A stretch of DNA of 64,000 nucleotides. Origin: an uncultured Clostridia bacterium (lineage in GTDB: Bacteria > Bacillota > Clostridia > Christensenellales > UBA3700). Within the stretch, counting starts at the first letter, position 1, and every line of letters starts with the position of its first letter. The notes below the pieces were generated by a model that saw only the letters and a list, made by a program, of their open reading frames with translations, had not been told where the DNA came from and made no database searches. Below, piece by piece: positions 9,124 to 19,561 of the stretch. The position numbers and the translations under genes are program-made. The DNA lies in the NCBI GenBank assembly GCA_947646415.1, contig CANSGN010000001.1, forward strand, positions 3,945-67,944, given 5' to 3'.

Positions 9124-9720
9124 ATGAAAGTATTAATGTTAAATGGTAGCCCTCATAAAAACGGCTCAACTTTTACGGCACTTACGATTGTTGGAGAAGA
9201 ACTTAAAAAGTATGGTGTAGATTACGAGATAATGTGGGTAGGAAACAAGCCTATAAGCGGGTGTATTGCGTGTAGTAGTTGCAAACAAACAGGCAAATGT
9301 TTTATCGACGATAAGGTAAACGAGTTTATGGAAAAAGGCAAAGAAAGCGATGGGTTTGTGTTTGGCTCGCCTGTTTACTATGCAAGCGCTACAGGGCAAA
9401 TAACTTCATTTATGGATAGACTATTTATGGTTGGTAGACAGTCTTTGAAATATAAACCTGCTTTTGCCGTATCATGTCAAAGACGTAGCGGTGCAACAAA
9501 TACATACGACATGTTGAACAAGTATATCGGAATAAGCAACATGATTCAAGTTCCGTCAAAGTATTGGAATATGATGATAGGAAGAACTCCTGATGAAGTT
9601 TTAAAGGACGAGGAGGGAGTACAAATTATGCAAAATCTTGCTAAAAATATGGCTTGGCTTATAAAAGTTTTAAAAGTTGCGGAAAATAACGGTCTTGGAA
9701 CTCCGGATGACTTAAACTAA
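9124..9720 (+). CDS. flavodoxin-fold NAD(P)H-dependent FMN reductase / iron-sulfur flavoprotein-like
   Basis: MKVLMLNGSPHKNGST..., a Cys cluster GCIACSSCKQTGKC, and ...FGSPVYYASATGQ. ATG at 9124 follows GGAGGA; the track ORF starts upstream at 9049. Confidence 0.8.
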   Translation: MKVLMLNGSPHKNGSTFTALTIVGEELKKYGVDYEIMWVGNKPISGCIACSSCKQTGKCFIDDKVNEFMEKGKESDGFVFGSPVYYASATGQITSFMDRLFMVGRQSLKYKPAFAVSCQRRSGATNTYDMLNKYIGISNMIQVPSKYWNMMIGRTPDEVLKDEEGVQIMQNLAKNMAWLIKVLKVAENNGLGTPDDLN

Positions 9721-9848
9721 AACACTTGTGATAAAAATAATGCCTAATTTAAGTTAAAACGCTAATAATAAAGTAGTGTTATATGTTTTGTTGACTTATA
9801 ATAAAGGCTATGATAAAATAGTAACAATAAATTTATGGAGATAAACCG

Positions 9849-10754
9849 ATGGATAAAATTTTTGAAAGAGTAAAGGAGCTGAAAGCACAAAAAAATGCCG
9901 TTATTCTTGCGCATTTCTATGTGGACGGCGATGTGCAGAAGATAGCGGATTATATTGGCGATTCCTATTATTTAAGCAAAATAGCGACAACTCTTTCCGA
10001 AAACGTGATAATATTTGCGGGTGTAAATTTTATGGCAGACAGTGCTAAGGTGCTTAACCCTAACAAAAAAGTCATTTTACCTGACAGCACTGCCGATTGC
10101 CCTATGGCACACATGGTAACGACCGCACAAATCAAAAAGGTAAGGGAAATGTACGACGATGTAGCAGTGGTTTGTTATATAAATTCTACCTTGGAATTAA
10201 AGGCAGAAAGCGATGTTTGCGTGACAAGCGCAAATGCCGTTAAGGTTGTAAAAGCTCTTCCTAATAAAAATATATTTTTTATTCCCGATAAAAATTTAGC
10301 ACATTTCGTGGCGGAGCAAATCCCCGAAAAACATTTTATTTATAACGAGGGTTTTTGCCCTGTGCACAACTTTATGGAAGTAAAATATGTTACGGATATA
10401 AAAAAGCAATATCCTAATATAAAAGTGCTTGCACACCCTGAATGTCCTAGACTTGTGCTTGAGTATGCGGACTATATAGGTAGCACATCGGGTATAATCG
10501 ACTATGCAAAAACTAGCAATGACAAAGAGTTTTTGATTTGTACGGAAAACGGTGTTTGTCATAAATTGGTGCAGGACAACCCTGACAAGATGTTTATTTT
10601 TAACGATTTAAGCATTTGTCCGGATATGAAAAAAATAACTTTGGAAAGTGTTGTAGCATCGCTTGAAAGTTTGACTCCGGAGGTTGTTATCGATAAGGAA
10701 CTTAGCGAAAAAGCACTTAAACCTTTGGAAAAAATGTTGGAACTTTCCAAATAA
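9849..10754 (+). CDS. nadA: quinolinate synthase
   Basis: ...ILAHFYVDGDVQKIADYIGDS..., conserved Cys residues, 301 aa, adjacent to nadB and nadC. Confidence 0.9.
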   Translation: MDKIFERVKELKAQKNAVILAHFYVDGDVQKIADYIGDSYYLSKIATTLSENVIIFAGVNFMADSAKVLNPNKKVILPDSTADCPMAHMVTTAQIKKVREMYDDVAVVCYINSTLELKAESDVCVTSANAVKVVKALPNKNIFFIPDKNLAHFVAEQIPEKHFIYNEGFCPVHNFMEVKYVTDIKKQYPNIKVLAHPECPRLVLEYADYIGSTSGIIDYAKTSNDKEFLICTENGVCHKLVQDNPDKMFIFNDLSICPDMKKITLESVVASLESLTPEVVIDKELSEKALKPLEKMLELSK

Positions 10755-10905
10755 ATTGTTGCAAAAATTGGATTGTAAACGGCTGAATATAAGTAAGAAT
10801 TAGCACGCAAATTAATAGTTGTGTAATTGATTTTTATAAAAAACCGTTCAAAAATCGTGATTAAATGTGTGAATGACTAACGACGAACTATTGTTTGAGG
10901 GATAT

Positions 10906-12219
10906 ATGGATAATTTTTACGATGTCATAGTAGTAGGTACGGGTGTTGCGGGATTGTATACTTGCTTAAATTTGAGCAAAGATAAAAAAGTGTTATTATT
11001 GACAAAAGATGAAGTGCTTAACTGCGATTCCTATCTTGCACAAGGCGGTATTTGTACTTTGTTAGATATGCAAGATTACAAACCATATTTTGAGGACACT
11101 ATCAAAGCAGGACGATATGAAAATGACTTGATAGCAGTACACGATATGATTGTGCAATCAAAGGAAATAATAAGCGATTTGATAGCAAAAGGTGTTGATT
11201 TTGATAAAAACTGCGATGGTAGTTTAAATTATACTCGTGAGGGCGGACACTCGACATTCCGCATATTACATCACAAGGATGTTACAGGTAAGGAAATCAC
11301 AAGCAAACTTTACGAACAGGTGAAAAGATGTAGCAATGTTACCATTAAAGAGTTTGCTTTGGTTATGGATATAATAAAAGATAACAACTGTTGTAAGGGA
11401 GTTGTTGTAAAGGAACAAGATTGTATGCCTGTCCCCGTTTATTGTAGAGACGTGGTTTTTGCAACAGGTGGATTGGGCGGACTTTTTGTTAACTCTACAA
11501 ATTTCAGCCATATTACAGGAGATTCGTTTGCAATAGCTATAAGAAATGGTGTGGAACTTAAAAATATCAATTATATTCAAATTCATCCGACAGTTTTATT
11601 TTCTAAATCAAAGGGGAGAAGATTTTTAATTTCCGAATCTGTTAGAGGAGAGGGAGCGAAACTTTTAAACAAGGCAAAACAGAGGTTTGTAAATGAGTTG
11701 TTGCCTCGCGATGTCGTTGCGGGTGCTATAATCGAGCAAATGAAAAAGGATAATACCGAACATGTATGGCTTGATTTTAAAGATATTTCCAATGATGAAA
11801 TTTTGCATCATTTTCCTAATATCTACAACAAATGTTTGGAGGAAGGTTATGATGTAACAAAAGAGCCTATCCCTGTTGTGCCTGCTCAGCACTATTTGAT
11901 GGGCGGTATCCGTGCAGATATTTGCGGTGTTACATCACTTAAACATTTGTATGCAGTGGGGGAAACGGCCAATAACGGAGTGCATGGTGCAAACAGGCTT
12001 GCAAGCAACTCTTTACTTGAAAGCTTGACTTTTTCCAAAAACTGCGCAAGGGTAATCAATTTTGATAAGTCGGAATTTGAAAAAAGTAATATTTCCGTAG
12101 ATATACAAAAATATGCGGACAGCGAAAAATGGCAACAAGAAAATAAGCGTTTGGTGCTTGAAGAAATAAGAAAAAATGACGAGGTATTTTATGATAAATG
12201 GTGTAACTCTAAAGACTAA
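10906..12219 (+). CDS. nadB: L-aspartate oxidase
   Basis: FAD motif DVIVVGTGVAGL near the N-terminus, and ...GETANNGVHGANRLASNSLLE. ATG at 10906 follows GAGG; the ATG at 10873 has no RBS. Confidence 0.9.
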   Translation: MDNFYDVIVVGTGVAGLYTCLNLSKDKKVLLLTKDEVLNCDSYLAQGGICTLLDMQDYKPYFEDTIKAGRYENDLIAVHDMIVQSKEIISDLIAKGVDFDKNCDGSLNYTREGGHSTFRILHHKDVTGKEITSKLYEQVKRCSNVTIKEFALVMDIIKDNNCCKGVVVKEQDCMPVPVYCRDVVFATGGLGGLFVNSTNFSHITGDSFAIAIRNGVELKNINYIQIHPTVLFSKSKGRRFLISESVRGEGAKLLNKAKQRFVNELLPRDVVAGAIIEQMKKDNTEHVWLDFKDISNDEILHHFPNIYNKCLEEGYDVTKEPIPVVPAQHYLMGGIRADICGVTSLKHLYAVGETANNGVHGANRLASNSLLESLTFSKNCARVINFDKSEFEKSNISVDIQKYADSEKWQQENKRLVLEEIRKNDEVFYDKWCNSKD

Positions 12220-13045
12220 TGTCGATAAATACATTTTAATGGCTTTGCAGGAAGATATAACACAAGAGGATGTGACAACAAATGCGGTTATGCCTTTTGA
12301 TACTATGGGCGAAGTACAGCTTATTGCTAAACAAGACGGTATTTTGTGCGGTATAGATGTTTTTAAAAGGTGTTTTACTATCGTTGACGAAAGTGTTAAG
12401 TTCGATTTGAAAAAACAGGACGGAGAGCGTATTGAAAAAGGCGAATTGCTTGGTACAATTACGGGTAATATCACTGTATTGCTTTCTTCTGAAAGGATAG
12501 CGCTTAACTATTTGCAAAGAATGAGCGGTATTGCGACTTTTACAAATGCTTGTGTAAAACAACTTGACGGTTACAAAACCAAACTTCTTGATACAAGAAA
12601 GACCACTCCTAACATGAGATTTTTTGAAAAATACGCTGTTAAGGTTGGCGGGGCTTACAATCACAGATACAATTTGTCAGACGGAGTACTTATAAAGGAT
12701 AATCATATCGGTGCGGCAGGTAGTGTTTCAAAAGCTATTGCCATGGCAAAAGAATATGCACCATTTGTCAGAAAAATCGAAGTGGAAACGGAAAGTTTGG
12801 ATATGGTGTGTGAGGCTGTAGAGGCAGGGGCAGATATAATTATGCTTGACAATATGGATAATGCAACTATGAAAAAAGCGGTTGAAATTATCGCCGGCAG
12901 GGCAGAGACAGAGTGTTCGGGTAATGTTACAAAAGAAAGATTAAAGGAAATTGCGGAGATTGGCGTGGATTATGTTTCAAGCGGAGCGTTGACTTATGGT
13001 GCACCATTACTTGACCTTTCACTTAAAAATCTTCATACAATTTGA
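12191..13045 (+). CDS. nadC: nicotinate-nucleotide pyrophosphorylase (carboxylating)
   Basis: ...LQEDITQEDVTT..., LLDTRKTTPNMR, IKDNHI and IMLDNM motifs. ATG at 12191 follows GAGG. Confidence 0.9.
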   Translation: MINGVTLKTNVDKYILMALQEDITQEDVTTNAVMPFDTMGEVQLIAKQDGILCGIDVFKRCFTIVDESVKFDLKKQDGERIEKGELLGTITGNITVLLSSERIALNYLQRMSGIATFTNACVKQLDGYKTKLLDTRKTTPNMRFFEKYAVKVGGAYNHRYNLSDGVLIKDNHIGAAGSVSKAIAMAKEYAPFVRKIEVETESLDMVCEAVEAGADIIMLDNMDNATMKKAVEIIAGRAETECSGNVTKERLKEIAEIGVDYVSSGALTYGAPLLDLSLKNLHTI

Positions 13046-13102
13046 GGATTATTTGTATAAATTTCAATTTGCGAAAATCAATTAAATAATTATTATTAAA
13101 TA

Positions 13103-13132
13103 AAAAGCAAGTCTTATGTAAGACTTGCTTTT
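13103..13132. terminator. bidirectional terminator between convergent nadC and methyltransferase genes
   Basis: aaaagcaagtctta (13103-13116) pairs with taagacttgctttt (13119-13132); A/T runs on both sides. Confidence 0.75.
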
Positions 13133-13176
13133 GTCATTTATAAGGTATAAATAAAAAATATTAAAAAACGAATACA

Positions 13177-13905
13177 TTAGTCATGCTTTATGTTCTTTAC
13201 TGCAAGGCCGTGTTTTGCACCAAGCTTGCTTACAACTATAAACGTATCTACATTGTCGCTATCGTTTGTAGTTATTGTGTAAATTTGTTTGGGGATAAGG
13301 TTGTATTTAGTTAAAGTGCAAATAACTTCAGCCATTCTTTCGGCTTTGTGCACCATATAAAACATACCGCCGAATTTTAAAATTTTACTTGTGTTTTGAA
13401 CAAGGTCTTCAAGTGAAAGTGCAATTTCGTGGCGGCTTATTGCGATATTTTGATTTTCTCTTATCTCCCCACTATTTACTTTGTAGTAGGGCGGGTTACA
13501 AACGACAATATCTGCATAACCGTTTGGGATAATGTCGCAAATATTTTTTACATCGTAATTTAAAATTTTAACTTTTTCCTCAAGCCCGTTCATTTGGACA
13601 GAGCGGGTTGCCATATCCGCCATATCGCTTTGCAGTTCCACACCTATAACTTGGCTGCAATTTTTTTTAAGCCCGATTAAAATACTTATTATCCCGCCAC
13701 CCGAGCATAGGTCGACAATCTTGCTTTTGCTGTTTGTCATTACGGTATTTGCAAGCATAACCGAGTCGGATGTAAAGCAGTATTTATCTTTATGACTGAT
13801 TATAAATGCTCCGTCAAGTTGCAAATCGTCAAGTCTTTCGCCCTCTTTCAAAAAAGTTTCAAAGTTTGAAAAATTATTCTGCATCATTTCCGTCATCTTC
13901 GTCAT
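13177..13905 (-). CDS. SAM-dependent methyltransferase (YabB / tRNA m6A37 TrmN6-like)
   Basis: VDLCSGGG SAM loop and the NPPY motif (CNPPYYK). Sits where B. subtilis yabB sits, after yaaT. Start is uncertain: Met codons at 13905, 13887 and 13884. Confidence 0.7.
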   Translation of the reverse strand: MTKMTEMMQNNFSNFETFLKEGERLDDLQLDGAFIISHKDKYCFTSDSVMLANTVMTNSKSKIVDLCSGGGIISILIGLKKNCSQVIGVELQSDMADMATRSVQMNGLEEKVKILNYDVKNICDIIPNGYADIVVCNPPYYKVNSGEIRENQNIAISRHEIALSLEDLVQNTSKILKFGGMFYMVHKAERMAEVICTLTKYNLIPKQIYTITTNDSDNVDTFIVVSKLGAKHGLAVKNIKHD

Positions 13906-14734
13906 CTGAAATATCGTTATATTGCGTTGCGGATTTTATATCTGCTAATTTATATTCGTTTATGCTTATGCCGCCATCTTCATTTTGAATTTTGGCTTTT
14001 ATTTTTTTGTTTAGCAAATCTACGCTGTCTACAACTCCTTCTCCGTCATTAGTAAAAACTGTAGCACCTACTTTAGGCATTTCTTTTAAAGTTTCTACAT
14101 AGTAATCATTTTCGTACTTTAGGCAGCACATTAGTTTGCCGCAAACGCCGCTTATTTTTTGAGGGTTTAAGGATAAACCTTGGTTTTTCGCCATTTTGAT
14201 AGTAACTTTCTCAAAATCGGCAAGATGAGCGTGACAACAGCAAACTCTACCGCAAGGCGCCAAAGCACCGCGAATTTTTATGTCGTCTCGTTCGTAAATT
14301 TGTCTTAGTTCTATCCTTGATTTTATGACGGTTGCCAAATCTTTAACCAACTCTCTAAAGTCCACCCTGCCTTCGGCAGTAAAGGAAAATATAGCCTTGC
14401 TCCTATCGAAAGTGTAGTCGGCATCAACCAATTTCATAGGAAGTCCGCGTTTTTGAATTTTTTCTAAACATACGGAATACGCCCATTTTTTCTTTTCCAT
14501 ATTTTCGGCATTTTGCTTTATGTCTTTTTCGGTTGCTTTACGTATAACTTCTTTTAAAGGTTTTACAATATTTTCCTCATCAACAAAGTGATTGCCCGTA
14601 GCAACCATGCCGAACTCTAACCCGCGGGAAGTCTCTACAATTACACTATCTCCTTCGTTAAAGGTTATATCCTTTGGGTCAAAGTAGTATATTTTTGTAT
14701 TTGAATGGAATTTTACTCCTATAACTTGTTGCAT
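13874..14734 (-). CDS. ricT: PSP1-domain protein RicT/YaaT (stage 0 sporulation protein)
   Basis: Cys-rich core ...CGRVCCCHAHL...CGKLMCCLKYE..., and its position after holB. Confidence 0.85.
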   Translation of the reverse strand: MQQVIGVKFHSNTKIYYFDPKDITFNEGDSVIVETSRGLEFGMVATGNHFVDEENIVKPLKEVIRKATEKDIKQNAENMEKKKWAYSVCLEKIQKRGLPMKLVDADYTFDRSKAIFSFTAEGRVDFRELVKDLATVIKSRIELRQIYERDDIKIRGALAPCGRVCCCHAHLADFEKVTIKMAKNQGLSLNPQKISGVCGKLMCCLKYENDYYVETLKEMPKVGATVFTNDGEGVVDSVDLLNKKIKAKIQNEDGGISINEYKLADIKSATQYNDISDDEDDGNDAE

Positions 14735-14763
14735 ATAATTCTCCTTTTATGCTCAACAAAACT

Positions 14764-15714
14764 TTAGTTGTTTAATGTCAAATATTTTATTTCTGCGATT
14801 TTTAACAAAAAGTTGGTCGCGACCGCTTGAGCGTTACAGTTGCTGTTAAGCCTTTTTGCAGTATCAACTGTCAAATCGGTAATATTTGCAAGAGTAGCTA
14901 AGCTGTAAACAGATGCAAGCGGATTTGGTATATTGTTAATAATATCCTCGATTGTACTTGAAATTATACCCTCTATTATTGAAAGGGAGTATAAAATTTG
15001 TTCCTTATCTTCCCCAAGATATTTGATATATTTGCCGATAAGGGCAGTGGAGGTGTAACCCGTAAGTAAATTAATAATATTACCATATTGCTTTTGAAAT
15101 TTTTCGTCGGTAAGCAACCTTTTTGCTTCGCTGAAATTGCCTTTGCTGAATTTGACTGCAAGCTCTATATTTTCGCAATTAGTACCGATTTTCGCAAGTT
15201 CATTTGCAATATTTTGATTGTTCCAAACATTAATATATATCTTTTTTGTACGTGATTTTATTGTTTGCAACATATTGCTTTCGTGACTTACGGCTAGTAT
15301 GATTATAACGTTTTTAGGCGGCTCTTCTATAGTTTTTAAAAGCTTGTTTTGGCTAGCTTCGTTCATATTTTCGCTATTGTAAATAATGTATGTCTTAAAG
15401 CCGTCTTGCACACTGCTTACAGTAGTATCTGCAATTAAATCCTTAATATCTTCAACTTTTATAGCTCCGTCTTTTTTTAGTTTGTAAACATTGGGATTGT
15501 TGTTATGCTCCAACTTAACACATTCTGGGCAAACTCCGCAAGCATTGTGGGTATGGCAATATAGCGTTTGAAGCACGCAGTCTATAAAACCGCCCAAAGT
15601 CTCCTTATCTTCGGAAATAAACATATAGCTGTGTGCCACCCTGTTTTGAGAGACATCCTGACTTATTATTTTATAGGCTTTTGACTGTTTTATAATGTCA
15701 ATGTGTTGTATCAC
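14764..15714 (-). CDS. holB: DNA polymerase III delta' subunit
   Basis: ...RVAHSYMF..., a zinc module CHTHNACGVCPEC, and ...KTIEEPP... Overlaps the tmk stop. Confidence 0.8.
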   Translation of the reverse strand: MIQHIDIIKQSKAYKIISQDVSQNRVAHSYMFISEDKETLGGFIDCVLQTLYCHTHNACGVCPECVKLEHNNNPNVYKLKKDGAIKVEDIKDLIADTTVSSVQDGFKTYIIYNSENMNEASQNKLLKTIEEPPKNVIIILAVSHESNMLQTIKSRTKKIYINVWNNQNIANELAKIGTNCENIELAVKFSKGNFSEAKRLLTDEKFQKQYGNIINLLTGYTSTALIGKYIKYLGEDKEQILYSLSIIEGIISSTIEDIINNIPNPLASVYSLATLANITDLTVDTAKRLNSNCNAQAVATNFLLKIAEIKYLTLNN

Positions 15715-16340
15715 TCTATTATTCCCCTTGCCTGTAAATTGCGTATAATTGCAGTGTTTGTTTCAAACTTATTGCCCCTTGGAGATATTAAAATAATCCT
15801 ATCAGGGTACATATCCGCAGCTTTTTTATAGCCCTCGTATACTTTTTTATGGAAATCAAGCGATTGCAGTTCCATTCGGTCATTACTATCTCGACCGCCT
15901 TTCCTTTTAAATGCTTCATCAGGCGGCAAGTCTAAAAATATTGTCACATCCGGCATATAATCCCCGCAAACAGTTTCGTTAAGGGAGGAAATGGTTTTTA
16001 CCCCCAAATCTCTTGCAAAACCTTGGTATGCCATAGTGCTATCAATAAACCTATCGCAAACAATAAGTTTCCCGCTATCAAGTGCAGGTATGATAACTTG
16101 TCCCATAAGCTGTGCACGTGCAGCGGAGTATAGCATTGCTTCGCAAAGCGGTGTCATCTCGCTATTATCTGGGTCTAAAATGATTTTACGTATTTTTTCA
16201 CTCAAAGTGTTGCCGCCGGGCTCACGCAAAAACATAGCTTGCTGACCTGTCTTTTTCAAGTAATCTTTAAGCATATTAACTTGTGTGGATTTGCCTACGC
16301 CCTCACAACCCTCAAATGTAATAAATTTACCTTTTCGCAT
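15711..16340 (-). CDS. tmk: thymidylate kinase
   Basis: FITFEGCEGVGKST P-loop and DRF...S..AYQG. ATG at 16340 follows GAGGAG; the track ORF starts 12 nt upstream. Confidence 0.9.
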   Translation of the reverse strand: MRKGKFITFEGCEGVGKSTQVNMLKDYLKKTGQQAMFLREPGGNTLSEKIRKIILDPDNSEMTPLCEAMLYSAARAQLMGQVIIPALDSGKLIVCDRFIDSTMAYQGFARDLGVKTISSLNETVCGDYMPDVTIFLDLPPDEAFKRKGGRDSNDRMELQSLDFHKKVYEGYKKAADMYPDRIILISPRGNKFETNTAIIRNLQARGIIE

Positions 16341-16371
16341 ATTTCTCCTCAAAGTACTTATTGTATTGTAA

Positions 16372-17616
16372 TTAGTCTTTACAAACGGGTATTTTGCCGT
16401 CTATAAGCCCAAAGACCGTATATTTTTTGTCCGTTAAAAATTGTATTGTTTGCTTTGTAATCAAGTCGCCTACAGTAAGCATAGGTATACCCGGAGGATA
16501 GATTCCTACTGTTGCGGCACATACTTTATTTACGGCATTTTTTATTTGTAAAAATTCTATTTTTTTGTTGTTAGTATCGATTTTCGTTGCTTTTTTAATC
16601 TCAAAACTTTCTATATTATCCTGTATCTCTATCGAGTTTAAAGCGTTTGCTAGTGGCTGTAAATATTTGTAATTATAAGGTGTCACTATGGCTACCAAAC
16701 AATCAAAGTATACTGTTTCAAGATATATATTTTTTCTCTCTAACAATTTTGCGATTTTATAACCATCTTTCCCTTTTGCTGAAATGCAAAGCCTGGTTTT
16801 ATCGTCATTGTCTACAACAAAATATCTGTCGCAAAGCTGTTTTTTAAAATTATCAATCTCGCTAAAAACTTGATTGTAAAGTGTTTCCCCGTTTAAAGCC
16901 ATTTCGCATATTGCGTTGTCAATACTTGCCATTATAAGGTAGCTTGGACTTGATGTGTGCAGTATACTTCTTGAATAAACGAGCATTTGATAAAGTTTTT
17001 CGTCATTTGTCAAAATACCTGCACCGCCTGTAAGAACGGGTAATGTCTTATGAAAGGACAGCACTGTAATGTCAGCAATGTCAGTTTGCAGGTCGGGCAG
17101 TTTGCTGCAAAATGCAAAGTGAGCCCCGTGACTACTGTCCGCAATGACCAAAGCAGTAGTGTTTTTAAGTTTTTGTATATCTTGCACTTTTCCGAAATAG
17201 TTTGGGGAAGTAAATATAATCGCATCGTAATCATTTGGGTTTATATTGTCCAAATTTTCCGAGTAACTTATATCAAAAACTAAGACATTTGCAAAGTTAT
17301 GTACGCTTTTGTGCAAGTCGCCAAGCATTAGCAGTTTGTTACCTTTGTTTTTGGCAGTGTGCAAAGCGGTCGCAATCGCAGTTGTTGCACCACTTGTAAT
17401 CATTATCCCATATTTTATGCCATAAGCGTTTGCAATGTTGTTTTCACAATTTTTTATAATTCCGTCACTTTCAATCAAATTGTCCGAAAAAGATAGTTCG
17501 GTAATGTCCATGGATGTATCTATCCCAAGGTCAATCCCGTTATGTGAGGGCATGTGAAAGCGTATAGGGTTGTTTTGTGCATATTTTTTTAATGCCGTAT
17601 ACAAATGATTTTGCAT
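16372..17616 (-). CDS. Orn/Lys/Arg decarboxylase family (PLP-dependent, YaaO-like)
   Basis: ...FHMPSHNG..., SFHKTLP (PLP lysine). Sits upstream of tmk as in B. subtilis yaaO. ATG at 17616 follows AGGGAGG. Confidence 0.8.
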   Translation of the reverse strand: MQNHLYTALKKYAQNNPIRFHMPSHNGIDLGIDTSMDITELSFSDNLIESDGIIKNCENNIANAYGIKYGIMITSGATTAIATALHTAKNKGNKLLMLGDLHKSVHNFANVLVFDISYSENLDNINPNDYDAIIFTSPNYFGKVQDIQKLKNTTALVIADSSHGAHFAFCSKLPDLQTDIADITVLSFHKTLPVLTGGAGILTNDEKLYQMLVYSRSILHTSSPSYLIMASIDNAICEMALNGETLYNQVFSEIDNFKKQLCDRYFVVDNDDKTRLCISAKGKDGYKIAKLLERKNIYLETVYFDCLVAIVTPYNYKYLQPLANALNSIEIQDNIESFEIKKATKIDTNNKKIEFLQIKNAVNKVCAATVGIYPPGIPMLTVGDLITKQTIQFLTDKKYTVFGLIDGKIPVCKD

Positions 17617-17744
17617 ATTTGCCTCCCTTATGTTCACATACTAATTTATTATACTATAAAAAATTTATAATTGCAACAGCATTTCAAACAATTTGACCAT
17701 TTTCTTTTTATTTTAAAAATATATGTGTAATATATAATCTATTA

Positions 17745-17773
17745 TTGACAACAATAAATTAAAATGCTAAAAT
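17745..17773 (+). promoter_or_regulatory. sigma-A type promoter of rnj
   Basis: TTGACA (17745-17750), 17-nt spacer, TAAAAT (17768-17773). The ~100-nt leader contains the hairpin cgataa-gaat-ttatcg. Confidence 0.55.
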
Positions 17774-17876
17774 AGAATAGGAAACTTTTAACAATTATTT
17801 AGTAAAAACTAAAATTTCAGATAAATATTAAGAGTACTTGCGATAAGAATTTATCGATTATATATTGGAGAGTGTA

Positions 17877-19520
17877 ATGGCAAAACAATTAAAAATTGCT
17901 TTTTTGGGAGGAGTTGGCGAAATCGGCAAAAATATGACCGCTGTTGAGTATGGCGATAATATTTTTATAATAGACTGCGGCTCGATGTTCCCTACAAACG
18001 AAACCCCGGGAATCGACCTTGTTATTCCCGATTTTAATTATATAGTAAAAAACAAGGATAAAGTAAGGGCTATACTTCTTACTCACGGTCACGAGGACCA
18101 TATAGGCGGAATGCCTTATTTGTTAAAAGAATTGCCTGACGTTAAGGTGTATGGCTCCAAACTTACGCTTGCACTTTTGCAGCACAAGCTTAACGAGGCA
18201 AAAATCACAATGCCTAAATGTATTTGTGTAGATGGCGGTAGTGTGGAAAAAATAGGTGTTTTTTCCGTTGAGTTCATTAAACAAAGTCACTCGATTTCGG
18301 GTGCGTTTGCACTTGCTATATCCACACCAATCGGTGTAATCTTTCATACAGGGGATTTCAAAATCGACTATACGCCTATTGATAGCGAGAGGGCGGATTT
18401 GTCTAGGTTTGCAAAACTAGGTGACGAAGGCGTGCTTTTGATGCTTGGGGAAAGTACAAATATTGAAAAAAACGGCTATTCTATGAGTGAAAGTGCTGTC
18501 GGGGCGACTATAGACAAGTTGTTTGCAAATAATTTGGATTCCAGAATAATTATTGCAACCTTTGCAAGCAATGTGCATAGATTGCAACAAATAATCAACA
18601 TTTGCGAAAAGTTCGGTAGGAAAGTTGTGTTTAACGGACGCAGTATGCTAAAAGTAAGCGAACTTGCAAAACAAATTGGGGAACTTACTTACAAAACAGG
18701 TACTGTTATCGAAACTGAGGAAATGAACAAATATCCGAACAAAAAAATATGTATTATTTCCACAGGCTCTCAAGGCGAGCCGATGAGTGCTTTGACACGT
18801 ATGGCAAACGGCGAAGATAAGATAATCGTAGGGAAAAATGATGTGATTATATTGTCTTCTTCTCCAATCCCTGGTAATGAAAAGTATGTTTATACTACAA
18901 TAAACAACTTGTACCAAAGGGGCGCAAAAGTTATTTACGGTTCACTTGACGAGTTGCACGTATCGGGACACGCTTGTAAAGAGGAACTTAAACTCATGTT
19001 GTCATTGATAAGACCTAAATTTTTTATCCCTGTTCACGGCGAATATAGGCATTTGAAACAGCATGAGGAGCTTGCAATGGCTTTGGGTGTTCCTCAAAAG
19101 AATATAAGTATATGCGAAATTGGCAGTCAAATAGAAATAAGAAAGACAAAACTTGCGCCATGTGAAAATATCCCTGCGGGAAGTGTGTATGTTGACGGAC
19201 TTATGGATGTGGACGACATAGTATTGAGGGATAGAACGCAATTATCCAAGGACGGCTTTGTGGTTTGCCTGCTCGGAGTAAGTATGGAGTCCAATAGTTT
19301 GGCATCAACCCCGGACATTATTGCAAGAGGGCTACAGTTTACCGATGATATATTGGACGAAATAAAAGATGCAATTTGCACAATGTTTGAAAACTTTTCT
19401 TATCACGGCAGTAGCGACAGAGGCAGTTTAAAGGCATCAGTAAGGCGAATTATTAACAATATCATAAAAGCAAGACTAAAACAAAGACCTATGATTTTGC
19501 CTATTATAATGGAAATTTAA
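17877..19520 (+). CDS. rnj: ribonuclease J
   Basis: Metallo-beta-lactamase motif HGHEDHIGG, beta-CASP region, about 547 aa. ATG at 17877 follows GGAGAG. Confidence 0.9.
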   Translation: MAKQLKIAFLGGVGEIGKNMTAVEYGDNIFIIDCGSMFPTNETPGIDLVIPDFNYIVKNKDKVRAILLTHGHEDHIGGMPYLLKELPDVKVYGSKLTLALLQHKLNEAKITMPKCICVDGGSVEKIGVFSVEFIKQSHSISGAFALAISTPIGVIFHTGDFKIDYTPIDSERADLSRFAKLGDEGVLLMLGESTNIEKNGYSMSESAVGATIDKLFANNLDSRIIIATFASNVHRLQQIINICEKFGRKVVFNGRSMLKVSELAKQIGELTYKTGTVIETEEMNKYPNKKICIISTGSQGEPMSALTRMANGEDKIIVGKNDVIILSSSPIPGNEKYVYTTINNLYQRGAKVIYGSLDELHVSGHACKEELKLMLSLIRPKFFIPVHGEYRHLKQHEELAMALGVPQKNISICEIGSQIEIRKTKLAPCENIPAGSVYVDGLMDVDDIVLRDRTQLSKDGFVVCLLGVSMESNSLASTPDIIARGLQFTDDILDEIKDAICTMFENFSYHGSSDRGSLKASVRRIINNIIKARLKQRPMILPIIMEI

Positions 19521-19561
19521 TTTGGCAAACAGCATAAAAAACAAATGATACGGAGTTTGAA

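Noticed and set aside
12013-12474. 153-aa minus-strand ORF, and similar long antisense ORFs (for example 46171-46578, 47242-47778, 50239-50694, 25071-25493)
   Set aside because: All lie fully inside well-supported genes on the opposite strand (nadB/nadC, pyrB, pyrC, carB, GH31). They lack RBSs and have unprotein-like composition.
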